Of a stretch of DNA of 64,000 nt, positions 1 to 61,601 are shown piece after piece. The DNA lies in assembly GCA_012295275.1 (NCBI GenBank), contig CM022669.1, forward strand, positions 18,476,001-18,540,000, in the 5' to 3' direction. Position 1 is the stretch's first letter, and every line of letters begins with the position of its first letter. A model generated the notes under the pieces. That model had not been told where the DNA came from. It made no database searches and was given only the letters and a program-made list of their open reading frames with translations. The stretch comes from Chrysomallon squamiferum. Lineage: Eukaryota; Animalia; Mollusca. The position numbers and the translations under genes are program-made.

Positions 1-388
1 TGAACAAAATACAAGGAATACAAATTATTTATTAAAATATTATAAGCAGAAAGATTAGTTTTTTTGTGTTTTCCTGTCATGACTTCTGATATCAAACGCG
101 AACAAAGGACAGAAGATTACCATAGATTTAAACATACTTGTAGAAGAAAACAAAATATATGCTGGGTTTAAAAACCCTCATTAGCCAAATAGTAATTAAT
201 TAATTAATTAATTCTGATTACTGTGGGTGAAAAACGAGCAGAATTATAATTGAAAAGACTTCGTTATGATTAGCGTTTTCAATAAATGAACTCCAAATAA
301 CCTTTTTCTAATTTTCTAATTCTTGGAGGCTGTGAAATCAAAAAGGAAGAGAAAAAATATATAAAAATTAATAATAATAATAATAATA

Positions 389-437
<49 letters not shown>

Positions 438-467
438 AACAAAAATAAATGGCTTTTAAAATCTCAC

Positions 468-549
468 CTCCTCTGCGATCGGTGAATCGTGTTTTTAATA
501 AATAAAAATAATTTTTTGTTAGTTAATATTTTAAAATATAATCGACCTC
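468..549 (-). other. Candidate non-coding (5' UTR) exon of the leftward transcript
   Basis: Acceptor ATTTCAG| at 550 and donor GAG|GTGAGA at 467. Stop codons occur in all three frames. Confidence 0.3.
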
Positions 550-835
550 CTGAAATATCGACATCATTATTTTTTTAAATCATTTTTACCATAACAATAA
601 CAACAAACAAAAAAAACAAAAAAAAAAAAAAAAAAAAAAAAAAAGAAAGAAAGAAAGAAGTTAGGCCACAAACGTAGATCTTAAAGAATCCTGTATACAT
701 AATTATCCTTCGATTTTCACCCAATATAACTCTAAATTAATATTTAAAAATCTAATAACCACCATTTTCAAACTTGACTTGTAACAGTTTTTTGACAGGA
801 CAACAAACTAGCGATCTAAACTTATAAAAACATAC

Positions 836-870
836 GCACTCTTTTCTTATCGCAGCCATTTTGGCGCAAG
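836..870 (-). other. Candidate first exon of a leftward transcript (ATG GCT GCG... = MAAIRKEC, then donor)
   Basis: AAAATGGCTGCG start context at 859-857 and donor TGC|GTATGT at 835. The 5' boundary is a guess. Confidence 0.4.
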
Positions 871-910
871 AATTTAAACATGACGTCATCCTTGGCAACA
901 TTATGACGTT
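851..910. promoter_or_regulatory. Putative bidirectional promoter core: YY1-like motif, CRE palindrome, RFX X-box and half CRE
   Basis: GCAGCCATTTTG at 852-863 (YY1-like, overlapping a minus-strand ATG), TGACGTCA at 881-888, GTCATCCTTGGCAAC at 885-899 (X-box-like) and TGACG at 904-908. The patch is locally CpG-rich, with splice donors pointing away on both sides. Confidence 0.6.
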
Positions 911-914
911 CTCA

Positions 915-1042
915 GTTGACAATGTACCGTGTTTTGTGAGTGATATTGGATTACTTATTTACAGAAGAACATAAACATTTAGATGATTTAGATTCGTTTA
1001 TTATGGATTTACTTTATAATGAAGTTCAGAAGAATACAAAAG
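915..1042 (+). other. Candidate first exon of a rightward transcript ending at a consensus donor
   Basis: Perfect AAG|GTAAGT at 1040-1048, about 140 bp from the promoter motifs. ATG at 1003 gives MDLLYNEVQKNTK. The downstream sequence is T-rich on + like an intron, and there is a candidate acceptor TTTGTTTCAG at 1387-1396. The start coordinate is approximate. Confidence 0.35.
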
Positions 1043-2374
1043 GTAAGTAAGTATAACAATTCATTAATTACTTATGCAGTTTTAATCATTTTAATCAAAC
1101 TTTAAAAGACACGAGACCAACACTTTTCGTTGCTAGGTGTCAGCCATTCGTTACTGCAATATCACTGCACTTACTGCACATTACTGAATATGACAAACAC
1201 AAAGTTATAATTATTATATATATAATTGGCTTATTTTATCAAAAGCATTGCTATATTATTTTTAAAAAACATGAATATTATTCCTAAGTGGAATATGGCT
1301 GAATGACTAAAACTGACATAAGATTTGGGTTCTATATATTTATATTTTTAACTTTGTGTTTATTATGGCAATGGCTAGTAGTAATGTTTGTTTCAGATTG
1401 AGAGTTTACCTATATATATATTTTGTTTTTTATTATTATTTTTAATGTTTGGGGTATGAAGAATTTTGAATATTTTTGTGTACAATAATAATTATTATAA
1501 GTTGTAGTATAAAAATATAATAATTATTAATACTGAAATTTACTTACTATTTACATTGTAGTAAGCCTGGACGTATATCACAAACATGCATACCAAATTG
1601 CAGTTAATATTTTTAACATTTATTTTACACGCAATTTTTTACACATAACTATTCTTGATGTGCGTAGAATGTACTTGTACAATTTCAAAATTAAAAAGCA
1701 ATGTTTATCAAAAAAAAATAAAAAAATAAAAAAAAAAAAAAAAAAAGAAAAAAAACATTGTGAAAAACATGATATTTTAAAACATAATGTAATTCAAAAC
1801 TTTCTTAATTATATATAAGATAAAATAAAATTACATTAATTTTATGAACCAACTGATTTTCTTTTTGTGACAATAGATTCACCACAATCATTTTACTGTT
1901 GGTTCAAATAAATGAATAAATTTAATAATAATAATAATAAAATAAAATAATAAAAATATTAAAAATGAATAATTTAATAAATAAATAAATACATTCAAAA
2001 ATTATCTTTATTATTATTATTTATAAAAAAAAAATTGTATTTTTCTGTATTTTAATGTCTTTGTTTACATTAATTATTATATGTATTATTTGAAATAAAT
2101 GAATAAATAAAAAAAAAAAATAATAAAAAAAAATAATAATAATAATAAAAAAAATAATAAAAAAAAAAAAAAAAAAATAAATAAATAAAAAAATAAATAA
2201 AAAAAATAAACAAATATTCTACACTATGTTAACTCAGTACAAAGTATTTCTGTTAGTATAACATCTACAGGACTAGTTTTCTTAACATTTAAAATCAAGT
2301 TACAGCACCAAAAGACTTGCCAAAGCAAAAAAAAAAAAAAAAAAAAAATAAAAAAAAAATAAAATAAAAAAAAA

Positions 2375-2417
<43 letters not shown>

Positions 2418-3252
2418 AATAAATACATAAATAAATAAATAAATAATAATCCAAAATAAAAAATAAAAAAAATTAAGAAAATGAATTAACTGCCATCTAC
2501 ATATAGCTGCAAGCACCATTAAAAACAATAAAACTCTGAGCAAATTAACTTATTTTCTATCTTCTGAGAGTCAGACATATAACTGCTGTACATGAAAAAG
2601 CTGATATTTAAGGTATTCTCATGAAGTCTCATATCTAGTTTAATTAATGTAATTAATGCCACTAAAATAATTGGGTTGGATGCATTACAGCTGAACAAAG
2701 ATCTGAATATTAATGAAGATTTGGACCACATCAAGCTTCAGTTTTAATGAAAATAAAATAAAATTAAATTAAATTAAAATCTTGGTCATTGATACCTAAT
2801 GACATAGATTTGCCATTTATAATTTACTTAGTGTCTTAAGTGTGTATGTGTATTTGAGACTAGACTAAGACTGGAAAAAGCAATAATTATTTCTTATAAA
2901 ATAGAACATTTAAAGTATCAGATAAATAAGACAATCTTCTGAGCAAAAGATTTCAATAATTTTAGCCACACAGCCCAATAGCTCATCTTCCAAAAGATAA
3001 TACTGTTAACTATTTTTAAATGAAATGGACTGAGAATAAATGTATTATGTAAGAAAAAACATTGAACTTATGGAGCAAGTCATGGAAATAATATTTGAAA
3101 AGGAACACACTGACGGCTCGTAAGCAGTAAACAGGTTTTGAATTTTAATATTACAATTCGAGGAAAAAAAAAATTTAAAATGTCTAACACATACAGCATA
3201 GTTTATACTAAAACTTCAAAAAGCAACAAGTTGAAGAAATAAAATAAAAAAA

Positions 3253-3916
3253 TCTCACAGACACTGAATTTAATCTTACATTCTCAGCAGGATATAATAA
3301 AAATCTTAATTTAATAGTTCAAGCCAAGATCATCGTATTTCAAAATGCATATATTAACGAATCAAAGAAAAAAAAAAAAAAATAATAATAATAAAAAAAA
3401 TAAATATAAAAAATAAATAAACACATAAATATAAATATATCACAGTGTTTGAACATGAGCAAAAGAATTTAAATCATTAGATTTATATTATCACGGTCCA
3501 AGTTTTTGTTCATCATCTTGTAAGAAAATATGAGTGAAAAACTTATGAGCAAGAAAATTAAATATCACAGATACGTTACTCATATCATACAAGCAGGAGA
3601 TTCTTAAACTTCTGACTCAAAGCTAGAGTCCAAAGCCATCATAATTTTAAAAGAAAAAATACAAAATTTTTTAGACAATAAGTTAAAAATATCACAGACT
3701 TTGAACTCAAATACTGTTATTATACAAGTGTTGGCTTCTGGTCATCATCACTGAAGGGAATCACAGTATAAGATTTAATAATAATAATACTCATCAAAAA
3801 ATATCACAGATTTTAAAATTATTTCCAACCTCCTCATATACCACAAATGTTTTACTGTCATAATTGTAGTTCATGCCTGGCCCACCACAAGTAATCATTT
3901 TTGAAAAATATCACGG
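3253..3916 (-). promoter_or_regulatory. Cluster of K-box (CTGTGATA, miR-2-family seed match) motifs in the presumed 3' UTR, or a degenerate tandem repeat
   Basis: On the + strand: TATCACAG at 3438, 3563, 3690 and 3802; ATCACAG at 3760; variants TATCACGG at 3489 and 3909; TCTCACAG at 3253. All have the same orientation. Confidence 0.55.
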
Positions 3917-4098
3917 ATAATCTTATCATCTGTTTTGCAGACGAGGGATAATCATCATTTTTATAAAATATATTGCAAACAAAATCTATTAACACATTTT
4001 TAAGTATTAAATTTATAGCTAAAGCCTGGTTTCCTTATCTTTAACACAGTAAAATCAGACACTAACAGATATTGTGAAATCTCAGACCCCAAAACTTG

Positions 4099-52279
<48,181 letters not shown>

Positions 52280-52287
52280 CTGTCAAA

Positions 52288-52363
<76 letters not shown>

Positions 52364-53351
52364 GCAATAATAATAATCATGACAGTAATAATGGTAATGG
52401 TAATAATAATGATAACAATAATAATAAACAAATAAAATACAATACAATAAATAAGGAAATAAATAAAATAAAATAAAACAAACAAAAGTTATAAGAAAGA
52501 AAGAAAGAAAGCAGCAACAAAACAATCAAAAAGAAACAACATCGACAACAATGATGCAAAGTCATAACTAAATACCTCATCTCCAGCACTAGTACATTTA
52601 CAAAAAATTAATTAATGTAAATATTACTTAGTATTTTTCACCTGTAATTTAATAATATACAGACATAATGCACAAAGAAACCTAGAATCAATCTACAATG
52701 TACTTGCTGCATAATTTCCCATTCCAAACAGGATTTCAGAAATTGCTACTGAACTCATGGTACATGCTTTCCTGTGTGTGTATACATACATTCACACAAA
52801 CACACATGCAGACATACATATACATATATATATCCACCCACACACACATATATATCTGTATGTATATGGTTGTATGTCTGGCCAAGTCTGGCTTTCTGTG
52901 TGTGTGTGTGTTTGTGTGTATATATGTGTGCATGTGTCTATGCATATGTCTGTGTGTGTACATATGCTTAACAGTTAATGAATTAGCTTTTTTCTTTCTT
53001 TTTTTCTTTCCTGAAAGCTACAAGTTAAACTAAAAAAACATGTACTGAAATGAAGGAGTTCTCTCTCTGTAGTTTTATTATTAAAACTCTTTTGAATACA
53101 TCATCAAAGACACAACATCTATTTTTAATTTCAAGCGAAACTACATGAAAAATAAAAGTTGAACTGTCTTACTTTGATGTGTAAAACACACTGCATGAAA
53201 CTGAATGCTTTTTAATCATATCACCAGGTGCAGTTTTGGGGAGGGGATCAGGAATGTATGGGACCCCCACAATTTTGTTTTACTAATTTTTAAAATGTCT
53301 ACTATGCTGGGCTGGTAGCATTTCTTTTTTTTTTTTCCTACTCACCAGATT

Positions 53352-53387
<36 letters not shown>

Positions 53388-53486
53388 CCATCTTTTTTCT
53401 TAATTTGTGTTCTTTCTCACTCATTCTATCACAAATACTCACCCCCACCACACACAAAGACACATACAGACACAGAGACAGACAGA

Positions 53487-53520
<34 letters not shown>

Positions 53521-54464
53521 GATAACAGCATATTATATTTATAAACGTAGGGCAGTCAGAGTTTGCCTAGGCAGACATCTTGTAAAAACATCATGAACCA
53601 ACTCAGCTCATTACACAGTATGTGTGTGTGTGTGTGTGTGTCTCTGAGTATAATTTCATTGTTTTGTACTTTGAATCCATTTTATTTTTTCCCTTTCAAC
53701 AGTATACTAAATTTACGACCAATTTCTATTCATCTTAGAATCAACGTATATTAAAAATGTATTCTTACAAGAACTCAGATATAAAATAATATTTTTGACC
53801 AATTCTGCCTCTTGTTATGATGAGCAATTTATTTTTTAAAAATTAATTTCATAAAATTTCAAATGTAAAAAATACTACAATATATTTAAAACGACACCAA
53901 AAATCACATAAAAATAAAATATGAAAACCATTATTTAATAGCCATAACCTTTAAAAAAAATATATTCACTTATTAATATTGTGTGTTTTTGTGTATACAA
54001 ATACCATAAATTAACAATTTTATCTTTGTTAAACCATAGTGGACAAGAAATTATTAAGTAAAGTAATTTTTAGTCTATAATCTTTTCTTGCTTAGTGCAA
54101 CAATATTAATTAACTTCTAATCTTATCTGCTTGCAAAATTAAATTTTTTTAGTCATTTTTAAAAATTAAATGTTAAATATTTCACTTTGAAATAAATGCT
54201 TTAAAAAAAAAAAAAAAGACAAAACCCCCAAGAAATAATAAATAACTTTTCTTTTGAAATTTTGTTTTTAATTTTTATAAATCATTATTTATTTTGTAAG
54301 TTTATTTCAAGAATAGACTTAATGTAAAATTAATGATAATGTTTTTGAAAATAAGTGAGTGTGTTTCTATAATATATATAATCTATGTGTAACTCATGCT
54401 GTTAGCTTTTCATGTAAGAATATCAAGCTAGTGCAATTAATATGTTAATGTCCTAATTAGCAGG

Positions 54465-54545
54465 AAGGTATACTTTATAAGCACCTTCCCTTAGACAGGG
54501 AAGTGCTTACCCTGTCCTTTGATAAACAGTTATGTGGCATTGGTC
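54465..54545 (-). mobile_element. Second, more diverged SINE-core-like fragment in opposite orientation
   Basis: The reverse complement TATCAAAGGACAGGGTAAGCACTTCCCTGTCTAAGGGAAGGTGCTTATAAAG aligns loosely with the core at 42489-42530. Confidence 0.35.
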
Positions 54546-56886
54546 ACAACAGACAACAACAAAATGGCTGCATGGAACAGAAAACACATCTGTATTCCAT
54601 TACTCCTTATACCAATGCTCTGAACTTTGTGTGTGGCCTTGATATAGCTATAAATGCCAGGGATTTGAGTGGATGATGACATCTATGTAATCTTTTTAAA
54701 AAAAAAAAAAAAAAAATAATAATAATAATAAAAAAAAAATAATAATAATAATAATCATAACAACAGACAGGAAGAGAAGAAGACATGGAGTGTGAAAATA
54801 TTAAATTCAAAGCAAAACATTATTAACTTCAGGAAGATCTCTTTCTTAAAGTTATTTCCCTAATAAAGCAACACAAACAACATACATGCACACACAGACA
54901 CACACACAAACACCAGTGTTCCAGTTTTAAAATCTTTTTAGTGGTTTGTGCAACACACAGATAAACAAGTGTTTAAAGAAACCGGTGTGAAAAGAAAAAC
55001 CCCACGAAAGTTTATCTTCTTTTTTTTTTCTTTTTTTTCTTTCTTTAACACATTTTGATTTCTTTGCCAAGAAGTGCATCAACACACCTGATCTTTGTAA
55101 CTCCTTTTAACACACTTTTCACCCACAAACAAATCTTTATTCTTTAATAGTAAAGATGGGACAAAAAAAAAAAAAAAAAAATGTGACCGAGAGATCATTC
55201 CTACCCTACAACTATCTATCAAACAATCACAACCTGTTAATGCAGGGTGTATGAATGCATCCAAAAAAAAAAAAAAATATATAATAAAAAATGTTCGCCC
55301 ATCACCTTCCTGTATTCATAACAAGGTTAATGCCCAGGGCAGAAAGAAAGTGCAGTAAAAAGGGCACCCCCCCCACTTTGTCTTCATCTATTCATAAACC
55401 AGCGCAAAACCAAAAAAAAAAAAAAAAAAAAACTGCAGTAAAAAAGAAGAAGAAAAAAAAAGTTACTTAAAATTTAATGATATTCCAGGTCAGACCGACA
55501 CATAGGTTAAGTTGACATGGCACGGATTAAATATACAGATTCTTGACACTGGTGGAAAACTTAACACTTCTGGTTTTAAAAGTCAGGCAAACACTTTTTT
55601 AAAAGCACGATAAACCTCTTTTTTTTCATGTCAGCAGATTTTAAATCTGTTGAAAGATGATAATATTTTGATGGTGATTTCTTAATTATTGCTGTTGTGG
55701 TTGTGGTTTTTTTTTGACAGGTGGCAGTTTCAATGTTGTTGTTGTCATAGTAATTTAATATTTTGCTGGGACAAGAAAAATACTGTTTTAATAAAAAATT
55801 TAGTAAATATCTTGCTTAAGAAATGCATTATCATTGTATGTATTCAGTTACTTCTTTAGTATATTTTGATTTTTATAACTAGTTCTTTCTCATAACTGTC
55901 TTTCTAACATTAATTGTTACTCTTTCTCTCTCAGTTCCATTTATTCTCTCTCTGCTATTTACTGATTCTCTCTCTCTCTCTCTCTCTCTCTCCTCCACCT
56001 GTTAATAAGTATTAATGCACTACCTTTTCTATAAATGTTAACTCATTTTTTTGATATGTCATAGGAAGATAATCATTAGACAATATCCAAAATTCTCCCT
56101 TAACTTTTAAAAATGTACCAGTATTCAAGTTTTACCTTCTTTTGTATTACATCCATTTAAAAAGAAGAAGGAAAAAAAAAAAAAAAAAACGATGAAAGGA
56201 AAAGAGAAAAGAATCTTAAATACCCCCACAAACAAAAACACACACACACAAACAAAATTACTTATCACAATAACCTAACAAACCATAAACCATATTTATC
56301 AAACAAAACCCCACTTCTGAGACGGGTCTTTGTAACAGTAACAGGAGGACTGCCACAAAACTGGAATGTCCCAGTTTTCCAGCCAGACATGCCATAAAAC
56401 AATCTGGTAAGAAGCTGGAAAGGGGAGGGGAAGAAACGGGGTTAACCATTACCCCAGCCCATGATTTCTATAACAGTGGACTTTTTTTTCACACACTACT
56501 CATCTTCAGTTGGACAGGCCATCAAAGGTCAGCCTACCCCACGGCTGAATCAATTGATGAGTAAAAGCTTCAGACAAAAGCAAACATTGGCAACAAGTGC
56601 CATTGTGGTGTGGTCTGCCAGGCCCAAGTCAACCTCCCATGGGAACCTCAGATCATGGGAGCATGACCTCAGGTGATGGGGGTCAAGTCCTGATGTAATG
56701 AAGGGTCGTGAGGTCGACTGTGACCGAATTGAAAATGAGTTCAAAGCTTGATTGAGGAACCAGACAGTTATGTTTCTTTAGTTTTAAAAACTTGTCTCTT
56801 TCAAGTTTATAATAATAATAATGATAAGAATAATAAGAAGAAGAAGAGAAGAATTATATCTCAGAAACCTATTATATATATAAATT

Positions 56887-56930
<44 letters not shown>

Positions 56931-58167
56931 AAACATATATTTTTTTCAAATATGACTAGGAATAATATCAAGAGTCCAAAAAGGAAAAGAAAAATTATCT
57001 CCAAATTAAATAAATAAATAAACTGAAGAAACAGCAACAAAATCAGTATATAATAAGACCAATGTTCTGGAATATTTCTCAAATTAAAATGACCAGATTT
57101 CAGTTAGACACAGGTACAAAGTCTGAATTAGAATTCAGATAATAAATCATCAATATCTCTATTGCTTCTCCAGTTAGTAATTACATTAAACACTTTAATA
57201 CTGCTTTAAAAACTTTATTTTTTAATTTTAACTTCTAATGACATTTTTCTTTTATATGTTATTTATTTATTTTTATTTATTTTTTTAAATTTATTTGCTG
57301 TCATTTTTCCTTTACTTCAAACAGCTTTAACTACATTCTTCATAATTTTTTCTTTCTACCTATTTTTTTTTTTTTTTTTTTTTTTTCCCGTCTTCTATTT
57401 CTCCGCCCATTAATAACAGGACAGACGACACTGAACAGAACAACATTCCACTCCATTCAGGAGGTGGATGATCCGGCAGACGCAGGTAACCCACCTATTG
57501 AAGCCATTACGAGCTGGCTCACCTGCATTCATTACAGCAGGGGTCGTGGATCAGGTCAGATGCCCCCAGTGCAAAGCATCCTTTTATTGTGGCCTGACTT
57601 TTGCTGGGATTAAAGCTCAGACCACTTGTTGAATGTTGACATATCACACATCTTCACTTTAATTACCCTGCCTCTGTTCTAAGGGGTCCCTGGCCCTTTG
57701 ATGTACCCACCACAGGAGCTTGACCGAGGGTGGGAACGTTCAAACAATGGGTGTACTCCTCCATGCCCCCATGTTCCCCCCCCCAGGAAGCTGTGGGTTT
57801 TACACTAATTCTCCTTGTGAGCCTACATTGTATATCAGTTTCCGGCTGTGACCCGAGGTCATCCTGACCACACTGGCCGAGGGTCAAATCAGTTATGGAG
57901 AACAAATTTTTGAAAAAAAGGTCCAACAAAAAGGCGGAAAAGGGGAGTTGATTTAAGAGGGAGTAGCCATAGAAACTGACTGTTGATGCAAGCAACTGTT
58001 ATACCAAAAGTGACATTTTTAAATGTAAAGTAACAAGAATTTTTTGTTTATGTTTTTTTTTTTTAATTTAAAATTTGATAAAAAAAACCACAAAAACCTG
58101 GAATACTGGATACTACTATTACTATTTCTACTACAACTACTCTACTACTTCTGCAAATGCTAAAAAT

Positions 58168-58226
<59 letters not shown>

Positions 58227-58739
58227 TATATATATATATATAATATGAAAAAGCCAAAGAAGACCAACAAATGCAAACAAACAAACAAACAAATAATAAT
58301 GATAAATTTTTTTAAAAATAAATGTTTTAATGATTATGTTGTTAGTTACAACACTCTTCACCATTTGCTCAATGTCACTACCAAATATAAAATGGTATAC
58401 TAGAAAATAATGTCAATATGTAATATATCTACTAATGATCCCAGCGATGGTGTCAGAATCTTTGCCATTTTGATGACCTTTGGGCCAGCAAGGAAAACAA
58501 TGCTAACAACAACAGTTTCCAAAATCTGGAGATACTCTGTGTTTACCAAGCTAAATCCTTGGGGGGAAAAATCAGTTTATTCAAGAGATTTCTTGTTTTC
58601 ATATCACTGATAGTTTGGCATTTTCTGTTCAACACATTTTGATTTGTTTAGATGTCACTTGTAAAGAATACTGGTAAGAAATCCCAGAAGAGGGGTAACC
58701 GAAAGGAAGGGAGGGAAGTGAGGGAAGTGAGTGGAGATC

Positions 58740-58867
<128 letters not shown>

Positions 58868-61126
58868 AAAGATAGTCTTATCACTAAGACAGAAAGACAA
58901 TAAGGTAGGAACACAGAAGACTGAGAGAAAAGAAAAAAAAAAACACATCCAGATAAGATAACAGAGAGAGAAAAAGAAAGAAAAAACAAGAAATATAGAA
59001 CATGGACTTTAAAAAAAAAAAAAAAAAAAAAATTAAATTCAGAAAAAAAAAAAAAAAAAAAAGGAAAAAAGAGAAAAAAAACCCAACTACATGAAATCAG
59101 TGAAAAGTACAAAATAAACTGAATAGAAAAAGAGAAAAGATATGCTCAAATTATTCAATTTTATTGCCACGTATGAAAAGCAAACTGCTTTCTTTTCAGA
59201 GCGAGTCAAAGCAATCAAATTTAATATGACAGAACCCATGTCTATCTGGTAAAATAATCTGATCTTTCTTTGAAGGATCTCATGAATTTTCAAACAAATC
59301 ACACACATAATTCTGTTTTATTGGTAGCAGGGCAGGGTACTTTTCAAAGAGAGAGAGAGAAAAAAATCATAATAATAAAAAATAATGAACAAACTTTAAA
59401 AAAAAAATAATAATAATAAAATAAAGAAATAATAATAACAACAATAATAAAACAGCCAATAAATAAATAAATAAAGAAATAATAATAAATAATAGTAGTA
59501 ATAACAAATAATAATAAATAAATAAATAAATAAATAAGTAAAATTAAATAACTATATATATTAAAATAAAATAAGAAAGAAAAAGAAAAGAATAATAAGA
59601 AAATAAAAATAAAATAAATATAAATAAAAAAAAGAAAAAATAAAATAAAGAAAGAAAGAAAGAAAGAAAGAATAGAAATATATAAAAATTAAAAAAGAAA
59701 AAGGAAAGACAATGTGGAAGAAAAGAAAAAATAATGAACAACAAAAACAACCACCCCCTCAAAAAAAAAAGAAGAAAACAATAAACAAAAATCTCACAGA
59801 TCTATAAGAGAAGATGACTGAAAAGCTATAGCGAAGGGGAGACTTTACCAATGTTGTTTCTCTCTCTGTCTGGCTGGGGATCAATGCTTAGACAACATCT
59901 AAGACTTTTGTAAATACAATCAGACTACAGGTGATGAAATGAATCTAGCACATGGTACAGTTATAACTGAAACAGATGTTGTTTGAAACCCAATCTCAAA
60001 TCAGTGAGTATGTTTCTCCACAATTACACTTAGTGTTGTGATTTTTTATTTTATTGGCTTGGTTCTCATGGATGGATCTATTGTAGAGGGTTTATTTAAT
60101 AATAACCATGTAAGTGTGCGAGATAATGAATCAAGGCTGACGTGATACTTAAGAAACTGGCTATTGTAGGTGTTTATATAGGTCTGTAAGAGAGTAAAAC
60201 AGTGTGAAGTAATAGTCATAATAAATATGTAATCTGGTAAAATAGAGAATTTCCTATGTCTGTGAAATCCTTTCCATGCTCAAAAATAAATAAATAAATA
60301 AACATTTTTTTTTTTAAATATACAAAATTAAAATGGGTTGTTAACATATTCTAATAATGAATTAGTCCTTTTTCTCACTAAAATCTACAATAAAAACACT
60401 GATGACAACAACAACAGAAGAAAAAAAAAAAAAATAATAATAAAAAAAGTTTATATAACTCACAAAACATTCACAAAAATCTAAATTAAAATAACAACAA
60501 CAATAAGAAGAAGAAAATAAAAAGGCGCAGACACTACCCATTCAGTTGAGAAGAATTTAATCAGAAGAGAAAAACTGGGTGATGCAAAGAGGAGACATGG
60601 TGATGTATGTCACCAATCAGAACAAGTCAACACAAGAGGCAAACAGTGATCAGGACCCCTCTGACGGCAATCGTAAATCACCTGGGGTTAGACAGAGGTG
60701 CCCCTGGGGTCAGCACCTTGCCATGTTGACAAAAACAGTCAATGTTCTCTGTATCATTGTCAAGACCTTCACAAACACGGTGATTGCTTGGTTAGTGCGA
60801 GGGTGAAATGCACACATATGTCAATGGAACGACTGCAATAAAATATTGGGTATGATGATTTTATTGTCAAGAGTCTCCGACAATTAATTGGCCTCGGAAA
60901 AATATTTTTCAATTTCCAGTCTCTCTCGCGACAAAACTTTTGTTTGTAACAATCGGCATTAATATCCAGTTAGAAAGTGAATAGGTTTTTTGTGTGAGAA
61001 CATAAAATTGCAATATTTTGTTGGGTAATAAAACAAGTTTTGTTGTTTTCTAAAGTTTTATGGGAGAAATATTTTTCAGTGTTCATTCTCGTGACAGTAA
61101 CTGCCAGTAAAAACAGAATGTGAAAA

Positions 61127-61183
<57 letters not shown>

Positions 61184-61552
61184 TGTATATATTAAATAAA
61201 ATAAATTTCTGATTTTTCAATATTTTTATTTGTATTTTTCGTTCCTGAATATAAAAAAAATAAAAGATTTTGTTTTGTTGATTTGTACATTTTCACTTTC
61301 TTTAGCTAGTTCAAATAGGGATACATTTTGCTTTCGTGGGAATTGGTCAGTATTACTAATACATTAAAGTTAGACAAATAATAAAATAATAAGAGATCAC
61401 ATATACATGCATAGAGTAATACCAACCAACACACACACAACACACACCCCACACACCACATACAGAGATATATATTCTTGATTTATATCACATGATTTAT
61501 ACTTGCTCATATCAAAATACACATTAACACAAACAACACCCACACACCCACC

Positions 61553-61601
<49 letters not shown>

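Noticed and set aside
836-859. MAAIRK start resembling the RhoA N-terminus (MAAIRKKLVIVGDG)
   Set aside because: The sequence continues EC then a donor, and no P-loop exon is visible. The similarity is probably coincidental with the YY1/Kozak-type context.
3430-3920. Plus-strand miR-2 gene cluster (repeated UAUCACAG 5' ends)
   Set aside because: Bases after the seed differ from the conserved miR-2 body, and I could not see complementary 5' arms forming hairpins. The target-site or repeat interpretation fits better; RNAfold plus small-RNA reads would settle it.
57663-57995. 110-aa minus ORF containing LGQCGQ as a possible upstream RCC1 exon
   Set aside because: It has no V-Y-x-W-G or x-G-x-x-H-S motif. 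The nearby donor is phase 2 in this frame while exon A needs phase 1, and the phase-1 frame has a stop shortly upstream.
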